A DNA stretch of 24,000 nt from the NCBI GenBank assembly GCA_947492905.1, contig CANLOL010000001.1:264578-288577 (forward strand), written 5' to 3'. The notes beneath the pieces are model-generated. The model did no database searches and was not told the origin of the DNA. It saw nothing but the letters and a program-made list of their open reading frames with translations. Below, in pieces: positions 8,194-15,118 of this stretch (position 1 is the first letter of the stretch; every line of letters starts with the position of its first letter). Both the position numbers and the translations under genes were made by a program. The stretch comes from an uncultured Sphingorhabdus sp. (lineage in GTDB: Bacteria > Pseudomonadota > Alphaproteobacteria > Sphingomonadales > Sphingomonadaceae).

Positions 8194-8967
8194 TTACTCC
8201 TGCACTTTAGTTTCAACTATCTCTTTAAGACGGTCCAAGTTTTTCATAATATTCGCTTTGCCTTTTGCAATAGCATCTTCACGCTCTTTACCTTTATATG
8301 GGTTAATACATGCATATACTTCCAAACCGCTTTCATATTCAGCATCTGCTTTGGCAATAATAAAATGATACGCGTAATCTGTCCCAGAAATACTATCTTC
8401 AAACTGCTCTAGCTTTTTTGCTTCTTCTTCAAAAACCAAACCATTAAACACATAAGAACCGCAACCAAACCCACTAACTTGCCAATATATTGCTGCAACT
8501 AATGCTCTAAATTCAGCTACATGGTCGGTATAAACCCACAAAGGTAATTCAAACGAGCTATTGGATGATACAGACCATTTTTTCGTATCATTCAAACGAT
8601 TTTGTTTTTCGGTACTGCCATTCAACAACTCAATTGATTGATTCTGAACACCGAATTTAAAACAAGTTAAATTGACAGTCTGAGAGGTTTTATAATATTT
8701 ATCTTGCCTTGCAATTGCTATATCAACTGCATTCAATGTTTCATCTGATTGAGAATTAAGCTTTGATATAGCCAATTTCTCTAGAGTAAGAGAGCGTTCA
8801 AACTCACTGCTTGCATCATATCCACAAATAGAAAATAAATCGCTATAAGCCGCATTCAAACTATGACGCAGTTCAGGACTAAGTTTATCAACTTCAACTT
8901 CTGCTGGCGAAGCACATGATGTCAAAAATATCGCAGATATAAGGATCAGCGAACGAATGAACATCAC
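8194..8967 (-). CDS. Orphan lipoprotein, unknown function
   Basis: Lipobox ILISAIFLTSC. Visibly AT-richer than its neighbours. The start overlaps the upstream peptidase stop (ATGA), and only 3 nt separate it from the next gene. I recognise no domain. Confidence 0.6.
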   Translation of the reverse strand: MMFIRSLILISAIFLTSCASPAEVEVDKLSPELRHSLNAAYSDLFSICGYDASSEFERSLTLEKLAISKLNSQSDETLNAVDIAIARQDKYYKTSQTVNLTCFKFGVQNQSIELLNGSTEKQNRLNDTKKWSVSSNSSFELPLWVYTDHVAEFRALVAAIYWQVSGFGCGSYVFNGLVFEEEAKKLEQFEDSISGTDYAYHFIIAKADAEYESGLEVYACINPYKGKEREDAIAKGKANIMKNLDRLKEIVETKVQE

Positions 8968-10142
8968 TCATCGCCATATATCGCAATGACCTTCGTGCCA
9001 TTGCTGCCACCGCGCGCGCGGTACATGCCCTCGGTGTTGAAACTAAATCCGCTATGCCCAAAGGGTGTGACATAGATAATCCCGCCATCACCGCCAATAT
9101 CGCCTAATTCGGCGATCACCGCATCGGCCTCTTCTTGGACTTGCTTCTCGTTTAGTTCAAACTCGCTGGCATGGACAATATATGTATAATTGCCATCAGC
9201 ATCTTTGGGGACGGTTAATTGTGCCTTGTCAATTTCACGGCGGAAACGATGCCGCAAGCGTGAACAAATTTCTTGAGCCACAGCCAAACGGATGAAATAT
9301 TCGCCCGTTCCCGTTGCTGATATGCCGCAGGACCGATTATCCGCATAAGTACCAGCGCCGATAATCGGGCTATCGCCAACGCGGCCCCAACGTTTACCCG
9401 TTGTACCGCCTGTTGATGTACCCGCAGCGATATTGCCGTCCTTATCAACGGCGACAGCGCCGACAGTGCCAAACCTATAATCGCGCCCCAAAGCATCTAA
9501 TCCAGCGGCATCAGTTTTTAACTCTATTGAGGATGTTTTAGCAGCAGATTTTTCGGCTTCGCGCTTGGTTTGCGCCGCTTTATAACGTTGCAAACTATCA
9601 TAGCGCGATTGGGTGTAAAAATATTGCGGATCAACTTGTTCCAAACCTTGTTCGCGCGAAAATTGATCCGCGCCCGCTCCCGATAGCAAAACATGGCGGC
9701 TATTTTCCATAACCGCTCGCGCCAGCAAAATAGGATTTTTGGTATATTGCACGCCCGCTGCTGCCCCTGCGTTACGGGTCTTGCCATCCATAATGCTAGT
9801 GTCGAGTTCATTCTTGCCTTCCCAAGTGAACACAGCGCCTTTGCCAGCATTGAAATTAGGATCATTCTCTAAAATCATGATGGTGGCTGTAATCGCATCC
9901 ATTGAAGTGCCGCCGCTTTTAAGTATTTCGCTTCCTTTGGCTAGAGCTTCATCAAGCTTTGCACGGATTGCAGCTTCGCGTTCAGCGGATAGATTTGCGC
10001 GTTTGATAACGCCTGCTCCGCCATGAATAGCGATGGACCATGTTGGTTCTTCAGTGTCCAACGCCGATAGTGGCTGCACCGCGACAGATAATGCCATCAT
10101 GGCCGCAAACAATCTTTTCATGCTCATATCTCCTATTTGCAA
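8964..10142 (-). CDS. Periplasmic isoaspartyl peptidase / L-asparaginase (Ntn-hydrolase, asparaginase-2 family)
   Basis: Signal peptide MKRLFAAMMALSVAVQPLSA. IAIHGGAG, autoproteolytic nucleophile context FGTVGAVAVD, and GAGTYAD. There is an unusually long Lys/Glu/Ala-rich linker before the Thr nucleophile. Confidence 0.85.
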   Translation of the reverse strand: MQIGDMSMKRLFAAMMALSVAVQPLSALDTEEPTWSIAIHGGAGVIKRANLSAEREAAIRAKLDEALAKGSEILKSGGTSMDAITATIMILENDPNFNAGKGAVFTWEGKNELDTSIMDGKTRNAGAAAGVQYTKNPILLARAVMENSRHVLLSGAGADQFSREQGLEQVDPQYFYTQSRYDSLQRYKAAQTKREAEKSAAKTSSIELKTDAAGLDALGRDYRFGTVGAVAVDKDGNIAAGTSTGGTTGKRWGRVGDSPIIGAGTYADNRSCGISATGTGEYFIRLAVAQEICSRLRHRFRREIDKAQLTVPKDADGNYTYIVHASEFELNEKQVQEEADAVIAELGDIGGDGGIIYVTPFGHSGFSFNTEGMYRARGGSNGTKVIAIYGDE

Positions 10143-10182
10143 CTATCTTCATGATAATAGCAAATGGAGCAAGTGAAATTCT

Positions 10183-11451
10183 TTATGCCGCGCGAAATTG
10201 GTCTTTTGATGTTGTGATTTTCTTATTTCTATCTGATACTTTATTGAATCGTTTCAAACCAATCAATGGGCGAATAAAATCAAATGAACCGCCAATTCGA
10301 TAATAAGACCATGACAATATATAGGTCGATAGCAGCAAGATTAGATAATCTATCGGCATAGAGAAGTTATAAGATAATAAAATATAACCAACTACCACAA
10401 TGATGCTTTTGTGAATCACATAAAATGGGAATACAGATTCGTTGAGCATCGGCAGCCATTTATGATTATGGTTCAAAAACCGATCCGCAAAACCGATGAG
10501 TGCGATAGTCCCTAGCCATGCATGAACAGGCCGCGATAATGCAAATAAATTGCTCGCCCATAATGGTTGATTATCATCATTCCATATCAAACGGCTGCTG
10601 ATGGCATAAGCGATTAAGATTATTGATATGATGGCAGCGTGAATCCAATATTTACGAATGGCAGCCCACCCTTTTTGCGCGCCAAATAAATAACAACCAA
10701 AGAAAAAAGAGGCCATATATACTGGCTGTGCTGGTAATTTGCGTATCCATGAATCCAGCATAACGCTGTCCAATCCGACGCCCAATATTATAAAAGCAAA
10801 AAAGAAAGCTGGCACAGCTAACATGCGCCATCCCGATAATAATATGTCGCACTGCGCCGATAGTTTGACGCGTAAATTTTGGCTTGTTATCATTATGAAG
10901 AAAGCCGCAATCAACGTATAAGCCCAAAGATACCATATGAACCAAAGATGCTGCCACGTGGGCAAAAACATCCCCCACTCCCATGAGAAATTCCAATATT
11001 CTTGGATATAAAATTGCCAATAGCTGCCTTCATATCCATTGTTAAACCGAATATCGATCCATGGTTGAATGGGGATTAAAACAATCATCGCGAACAGGGT
11101 TGGGATTAATAAACGAGCGCTGCGTTCTTTGATAAAGGCGATTTGATCCGAATATTTTCTTATCATAGCGGCGCTAGCAAAACCGGCTACGACGAATAAT
11201 AATATCAACCGCCACGGGTTTACTGCGATCATCGGCGCTACCAATAATAATGAAGTTTCTTCGCGCACGACATGCCAATTCCATGGGACGAAATACATAT
11301 TTATATGATACATCGCCAGCGTCATAAAGGCCAATATGCGCAGCCAATCCATACCATAATTTCGTGTGTTTGTCATAGCTTTGCCTTCATCAAATGATTT
11401 CCTTATCAAGAACGGCATAATGCTATGAAAATTAACCATTTGCTGTTTCAT
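10183..11451 (-). CDS. Acyltransferase family 3 (OpgC/OafA-like) integral membrane protein
   Basis: The N-terminal GMDWLRILAFMTLAMYH motif and about 10 hydrophobic segments are typical of Acyltransf_3. The true start may be the internal Met at 11376 (MTNTRNYGMDWLRI). Confidence 0.7.
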   Translation of the reverse strand: MKQQMVNFHSIMPFLIRKSFDEGKAMTNTRNYGMDWLRILAFMTLAMYHINMYFVPWNWHVVREETSLLLVAPMIAVNPWRLILLFVVAGFASAAMIRKYSDQIAFIKERSARLLIPTLFAMIVLIPIQPWIDIRFNNGYEGSYWQFYIQEYWNFSWEWGMFLPTWQHLWFIWYLWAYTLIAAFFIMITSQNLRVKLSAQCDILLSGWRMLAVPAFFFAFIILGVGLDSVMLDSWIRKLPAQPVYMASFFFGCYLFGAQKGWAAIRKYWIHAAIISIILIAYAISSRLIWNDDNQPLWASNLFALSRPVHAWLGTIALIGFADRFLNHNHKWLPMLNESVFPFYVIHKSIIVVVGYILLSYNFSMPIDYLILLLSTYILSWSYYRIGGSFDFIRPLIGLKRFNKVSDRNKKITTSKDQFRAA

Positions 11452-11521
11452 TCACTGCATAGAAACCATCGCAACATTATGCTTTCAATTCACCGCCAAA
11501 CTCGGGTAAGGGTATTTTGAT

Positions 11522-12667
11522 ATGACAAGCGATAATCCCTCTTTGCGCCCATGGCGCGATATTGAACGCCGCCAGAGCCGCCAAATCATGGTCGGCGATG
11601 TGGCAGTTGGCGGCAATGCCCCCATTAGCGTACAAACCATGACCAACACGCCAACCTCTGATATAAAGGGGACAGTTGATCAAATCCGCCGTTGCGAAGA
11701 AGCAGGCGTGGATATTATTCGCGTTTCATGCCCCGATGAGGACAGCACAGCGGCTCTGAAACAAATTGTTCGGGCTAGCCGTGTGCCGATTGTGGCGGAT
11801 ATTCATTTCCACTATAAACGCGGGATAGAGGCCGCCGAAGCTGGCGCTGCATGCTTGCGTATTAACCCAGGTAATATTGGCAGCGAAAAACGTGTCAAAG
11901 AGGTGGTGGACGCCGCAAAATCAAACGGCTGCGCCATTCGTATTGGCGTCAATGCGGGCAGCCTCGAAAAAGGTTTGCTCGAAAAATATGGCGAGCCTTG
12001 CCCAGAAGCCTTGGTGGAAAGTGCATTAGACCATATTAAATTGCTGCAAGATCAAGATTTTCACGAATATAAAGTCGCGGTAAAAGCCAGCGATCTATTC
12101 TTGGCTGTTGCTGCCTATTCGCAGCTTGCCGATGTGGTCGATTGTCCGCTGCATCTAGGAATTACCGAAGCTGGCGGATTAATCGGCGGCACGGTGAAAA
12201 GTGCGATTGGTATGGGCAATCTGCTGTGGAGCGGGATTGGCGATACGATACGGGTCTCGCTCTCGGCTGAACCCGAAGAAGAAGTGCGCGTCGGTTATGA
12301 AATGCTCAAAGCATTGGGCCTGCGCACACGCGGCGTACGTGTGGTAAGCTGCCCTAGCTGTGCGCGCCAAGGCTTTGATGTAATCCGCACCGTTCAGACG
12401 CTCGAAGAGAGATTGCAACATATCAACACACCGCTTTCGCTCTCTGTGCTTGGCTGCGTGGTCAATGGGCCGGGTGAGGCGCGCGAAACCGATATTGGTT
12501 TAACCGGCGGCGGCAATGGCAAGCATATGATATTCCTATCGGGCGTTACCGACCATCATGTCCAAGACGATGATATGATTGAGCATATTGTCGGTCTCGT
12601 GGAGAAGAAAGCGGCTGAAATAGAGGCTGGCACCAGCGAGAGCATGGATGTCAAACATGGAATTTAA
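11522..12667 (+). CDS. ispG: 4-hydroxy-3-methylbut-2-en-1-yl diphosphate synthase (flavodoxin)
   Basis: [31 protein letters not shown], and the C-terminal 4Fe-4S cysteines SCPSCAR ... GCVVNGPGE. Confidence 0.95.
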   Translation: MTSDNPSLRPWRDIERRQSRQIMVGDVAVGGNAPISVQTMTNTPTSDIKGTVDQIRRCEEAGVDIIRVSCPDEDSTAALKQIVRASRVPIVADIHFHYKRGIEAAEAGAACLRINPGNIGSEKRVKEVVDAAKSNGCAIRIGVNAGSLEKGLLEKYGEPCPEALVESALDHIKLLQDQDFHEYKVAVKASDLFLAVAAYSQLADVVDCPLHLGITEAGGLIGGTVKSAIGMGNLLWSGIGDTIRVSLSAEPEEEVRVGYEMLKALGLRTRGVRVVSCPSCARQGFDVIRTVQTLEERLQHINTPLSLSVLGCVVNGPGEARETDIGLTGGGNGKHMIFLSGVTDHHVQDDDMIEHIVGLVEKKAAEIEAGTSESMDVKHGI

Positions 12668-12715
12668 ATTAATCTAAACAATTATTTACCTTTATAAGTA
12701 TAAGTTTGAATTATA

Positions 12716-12762
12716 AGATATTTCTAAAATATCTTGACAAGCGTGACGTTTCACACTAGTTT
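12716..12762 (+). promoter_or_regulatory. Orphan sigma70-type promoter with an upstream palindrome
   Basis: Perfect -35 TTGACA (12734-12739), 17-nt spacer, then -10 TAGTTT (12757-12762, with T1, A2 and T6 conserved). The palindrome AGATATTT-cta-AAATATCT (12716-12734) abuts the -35. GTGA-N4-TCAC (12743-12754) lies in the spacer. No ORF follows. Confidence 0.5.
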
Positions 12763-12769
12763 AAATATC

Positions 12770-12914
12770 GAACTTTAGAGGTGAGAACAGCCTCCTCACA
12801 CACCTTGTTGATTACAATCTATAAGGTATAGTAGCTGAAAAGCGAAGAGATCCAAGGGTGGGCAACTTGGCTAAAGCATTAAAACCTCTCGGCAATCCCG
12901 GGAGGTTTTATTTT
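12770..12914 (+). ncRNA. Candidate small RNA (about 145 nt), family unknown
   Basis: It is bounded by the promoter above and an intrinsic terminator. All six frames are full of stops. Internal hairpins are GTGAG-N9-CTCAC (12781-12799) and CCAAG-N9-CTTGG (12852-12870). There is an exposed CCUCCUC anti-Shine-Dalgarno-like tract (12791-12797). The start coordinate is inferred from the -10 position. Confidence 0.45.
12881..12914. terminator. Bidirectional rho-independent terminator
   Basis: AAAA-CCTCTCGG-caatc-CCGGGAGG-TTTTATTTT: an 8-bp GC-rich stem with one G-U pair and a 5-nt loop. The A-tract on one side and T-tract on the other let it work on both strands. The stop codon of the minus-strand ORF (12908-12910) lies inside the T-tract. 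Confidence 0.75.
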
Positions 12915-13309
12915 GTGATAAGCCGCTTATAATGACCTTTAGCTTTACGGTTTTCCACTTTCTTGTCAGATATAGGGTAGAATGATACAATATTGTAACA
13001 ACCATTTATATCAATAGAAATACGCACAGCCACTAGCAACCAATCAGGAAATCCCGCTGGTTTGCTTACTAACTCTACCTTATCTGGGTTTTTATAGTCA
13101 TCTCTTACATATAATGGATTGTTCACCACAGAAGCAATATGCGGTAGACAATGAGCATAATCTCTCGGGTGGTTTCTTTGTGCATGATTTTGTGCTGAAA
13201 TTGACATAGTCACATCGCCACTATCCAATTCTAAAGCAAGAGCATCGTTAATACCATTAATATTAAGAGGTCCAAAGTTTAAAGGTATTTTTTTCTTAGA
13301 TTGGTTCAT
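12908..13309 (-). CDS. Solitary BECR-fold (phage-Barnase-EndoU-ColicinE5/D-RelE-like, PBECR-type) putative RNase/toxin
   Basis: 133 aa. The pattern VTMSISAQNHAQRNHPRDYAHCLPHIASVVNNPLYVRDDYKNPDKVELVSK ... LLVAVRISIDINGCYNIVSFYPIS..K...R.AKG matches my recollection of the small PBECR proteins (x-H-I-x-x-R-H-P-x-D-Y ... I-I-x-N-P-D-Y-[IV] ... K-N ... [LV]-x-V-[AV]-[VI]). The assignment is by eye only. Confidence 0.55.
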   Translation of the reverse strand: MNQSKKKIPLNFGPLNINGINDALALELDSGDVTMSISAQNHAQRNHPRDYAHCLPHIASVVNNPLYVRDDYKNPDKVELVSKPAGFPDWLLVAVRISIDINGCYNIVSFYPISDKKVENRKAKGHYKRLITK

Positions 13310-13380
13310 TAAATTATTGTGACATATTAATGGTTAAAACAATAGAATATAGTATAATTTTACTATATTGGTTTGCTTAT
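13310..13380. promoter_or_regulatory. AT-rich divergent promoter region between the PBECR-like gene and the HExxH lipoprotein gene
   Basis: A perfect TATAAT at 13353-13358 (+ strand) lies inside the long version of the downstream ORF, which favours the ATG at 13381 as the real start. TAATAT on the minus strand sits about 15 nt upstream of the PBECR-like ATG. The -35 elements are weak. Confidence 0.35.
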
Positions 13381-14547
13381 ATGACCCGATATACACATTA
13401 CATCATCATTACAATATTAACCTTAATAATCTCGTCTTGCCAGACTAATGAATGGCAATCAAATGGCGGGCTCGATAAAACTGACACAGCATTATTCGCG
13501 TCTTGGCAAAAATTAGACGCGGCATTTAATTGCTGCTCCAATGAGGTTTGGACCAGCGATTATCGCCCCCAAGACGAACCTATATTATTTGTGCGCACCA
13601 ATGGTGGTAAATTTAGCCATGCCTATTTAATAAACCATCCTGCTCCAAATACTGTTGCGGGCGCGGTGCGCATTAACGCATCTGCTTTATCCAATTTTCC
13701 GCCTATATATCGGCTTAACCAATTATCGCCTCAGCAATTAGAATTTATTGGCAATTTTGATTTTGAATTTCCAATCGGTGGCATCGATGTTTTTGCGGTG
13801 ACGTATCAAAAGCGCAGCGCATCGAAGGTGCAGCAAGCATTAGAGAATGAGAATATCTATCAAGAACCAGGGGAAAGCAGTTTTGCCGATGTTGCATCCG
13901 ATGATTGGATATTGTTTTTGGCGCATGAAATATTTCACCGCCGACAGTTCAAATTATGGGCGCAATTTGAAAATGATCAAGATTTAGACCGATATAATTT
14001 CTCTCAAGAAAATATCGCGATGATATTATTAGAGCAAGAGATATTGACCAATGGATTGCGCCGCCGCACCAAAGAAGCAGCGCAAACAGCATTGGTCGAA
14101 TATGCAGCGGTCAGGCAATATCGGCAAGCGCGTTTTGGGTTGCAGGTCAAGACATTGGACAGCGCCCAAGAAATTTATGAAGGAACCAGCCGTTATATTG
14201 AACATCGCTTTGGCGAAATATTGGGCAATTCAGAATTTAATATGAATAATTTTGCTGAGATTATTGAAAATGATCAAGAGCTATTTCGCGAGAGCAATGT
14301 GCGCGAACAGATCGGTTTTGGCCGATTTTATGCGAGCGGTGCTGGCGTTGCCGCTCTATTAGATCGTGCTGATATTGAATGGAAAAATACCATCCGATTT
14401 GGCCAAAATTTTAATGATATTATTCGTGATAATTTTGTCCTTCAAGATGAAAGAAATATCATCAGTTCGATCCGAACTCGTTACGATTATAATGCATTAT
14501 TCAATCAAGCAGCAGAGCTATCAGCTTTGGCAAATCAAGAGCTGTAA
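13381..14547 (+). CDS. Putative zinc metallopeptidase lipoprotein (HExxH, MA-clan-like)
   Basis: The ORF track starts at 13330. From ATG 13381 the N-terminus is a textbook lipoprotein signal, MTRYTHYIIITILTLIISSC. It has HExxH (LAHEIFHRRQ) plus a downstream EGTSRYIE that could supply the third zinc ligand, as in Peptidase_MA-like proteins. I recognise no closer family. Confidence 0.55.
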   Translation: MTRYTHYIIITILTLIISSCQTNEWQSNGGLDKTDTALFASWQKLDAAFNCCSNEVWTSDYRPQDEPILFVRTNGGKFSHAYLINHPAPNTVAGAVRINASALSNFPPIYRLNQLSPQQLEFIGNFDFEFPIGGIDVFAVTYQKRSASKVQQALENENIYQEPGESSFADVASDDWILFLAHEIFHRRQFKLWAQFENDQDLDRYNFSQENIAMILLEQEILTNGLRRRTKEAAQTALVEYAAVRQYRQARFGLQVKTLDSAQEIYEGTSRYIEHRFGEILGNSEFNMNNFAEIIENDQELFRESNVREQIGFGRFYASGAGVAALLDRADIEWKNTIRFGQNFNDIIRDNFVLQDERNIISSIRTRYDYNALFNQAAELSALANQEL

Positions 14548-14604
14548 ATCCTATTAATATCATTATACTTTCATAAATTATGCGGCCGTGGCATAGGAGA
14601 ATTT

Positions 14605-15117
14605 ATGATGAAATATTTTCTTACCTTATTCTTTTTAATGGCCCCAATATCGCTATTTCCAATAGTCGCTCAAGATCTATCGCATCGTCCGCATGAAGAG
14701 GAGAGCGGTCATTATGATGCATCGCGCGATGCGGATGCGGACGTTAATGCAATGCTGGCTAAAATTGCCGAAAATGGTAAAATGGGTATCATCATATTAG
14801 GGGCCAATTGGTGCCATGATAGCCGCGGTCTTGCCAAACATTTTGACAGCGAGCGTTTCCAAGCGATGCTGAATCCGCGTTATGAAATTGTCTATGTTGA
14901 TGTGGGTGTACCGCAAACCGGCAATGGCCGTAATTTGCATATTGCCAAACGCTTTAAGCTGAAGAAATTAAAAGGCACACCAACGGTCGCTATCATTAGC
15001 AGCAGCGGCAAATTGCTTAATAAAAAAGATGCACCCAAATGGCGCAACGCCGACAGCCGCGATGAAGATGATATTTATAATCACTTTGCCAATTTTAGTG
15101 CAAATATAAGAAGGTAA
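14605..15117 (+). CDS. Secreted thioredoxin-fold protein with a CxxS active-site variant
   Basis: Signal peptide MMKYFLTLFFLMAPISLFPIVAQ. ILGANWCHDSRGL sits at the position of the WCxxC motif. The downstream GTPTVAIISSSGKLL is the cis-Pro loop and beta-strand typical of the Trx fold. Confidence 0.65.
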   Translation: MMKYFLTLFFLMAPISLFPIVAQDLSHRPHEEESGHYDASRDADADVNAMLAKIAENGKMGIIILGANWCHDSRGLAKHFDSERFQAMLNPRYEIVYVDVGVPQTGNGRNLHIAKRFKLKKLKGTPTVAIISSSGKLLNKKDAPKWRNADSRDEDDIYNHFANFSANIRR

Positions 15118-15118
15118 T

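Noticed and set aside
12743-12754. GTGA-N4-TCAC in the sRNA promoter spacer, considered as a CRP/FNR-type site.
   Set aside because: The spacing and arm length do not fit TGTGA-N6-TCACA or TTGAT-N4-ATCAA. It has only 4-bp arms, so it may be chance. It is kept only as a note in the promoter feature.
12770-12914. The non-coding region was considered as tRNA, tmRNA, SRP RNA, a riboswitch leader, or a small-peptide gene.
   Set aside because: No cloverleaf or acceptor/T-arm is visible. There is no SRP or tmRNA conserved core and no downstream same-strand gene for a riboswitch. The only Shine-Dalgarno-like GAGGTGA has no start codon at usable distance.
12823-13298. Short complementarity between the sRNA (AAGGUAU, 12823-12829) and the 5' coding region of the PBECR-like mRNA (AUACCUU; + strand AAGGTAT at about 13291-13297).
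   Set aside because: A 7-nt match is expected by chance for sequences of this length and AT content. Only the terminator overlap is retained as a possible pairing region.
12668-14604. The islet was considered as a mobile element or prophage remnant.
   Set aside because: No integrase, transposase or recombinase gene is present, there is no adjacent tRNA, and I could not see flanking direct or inverted repeats by eye. It is therefore reported only as a compositional islet.
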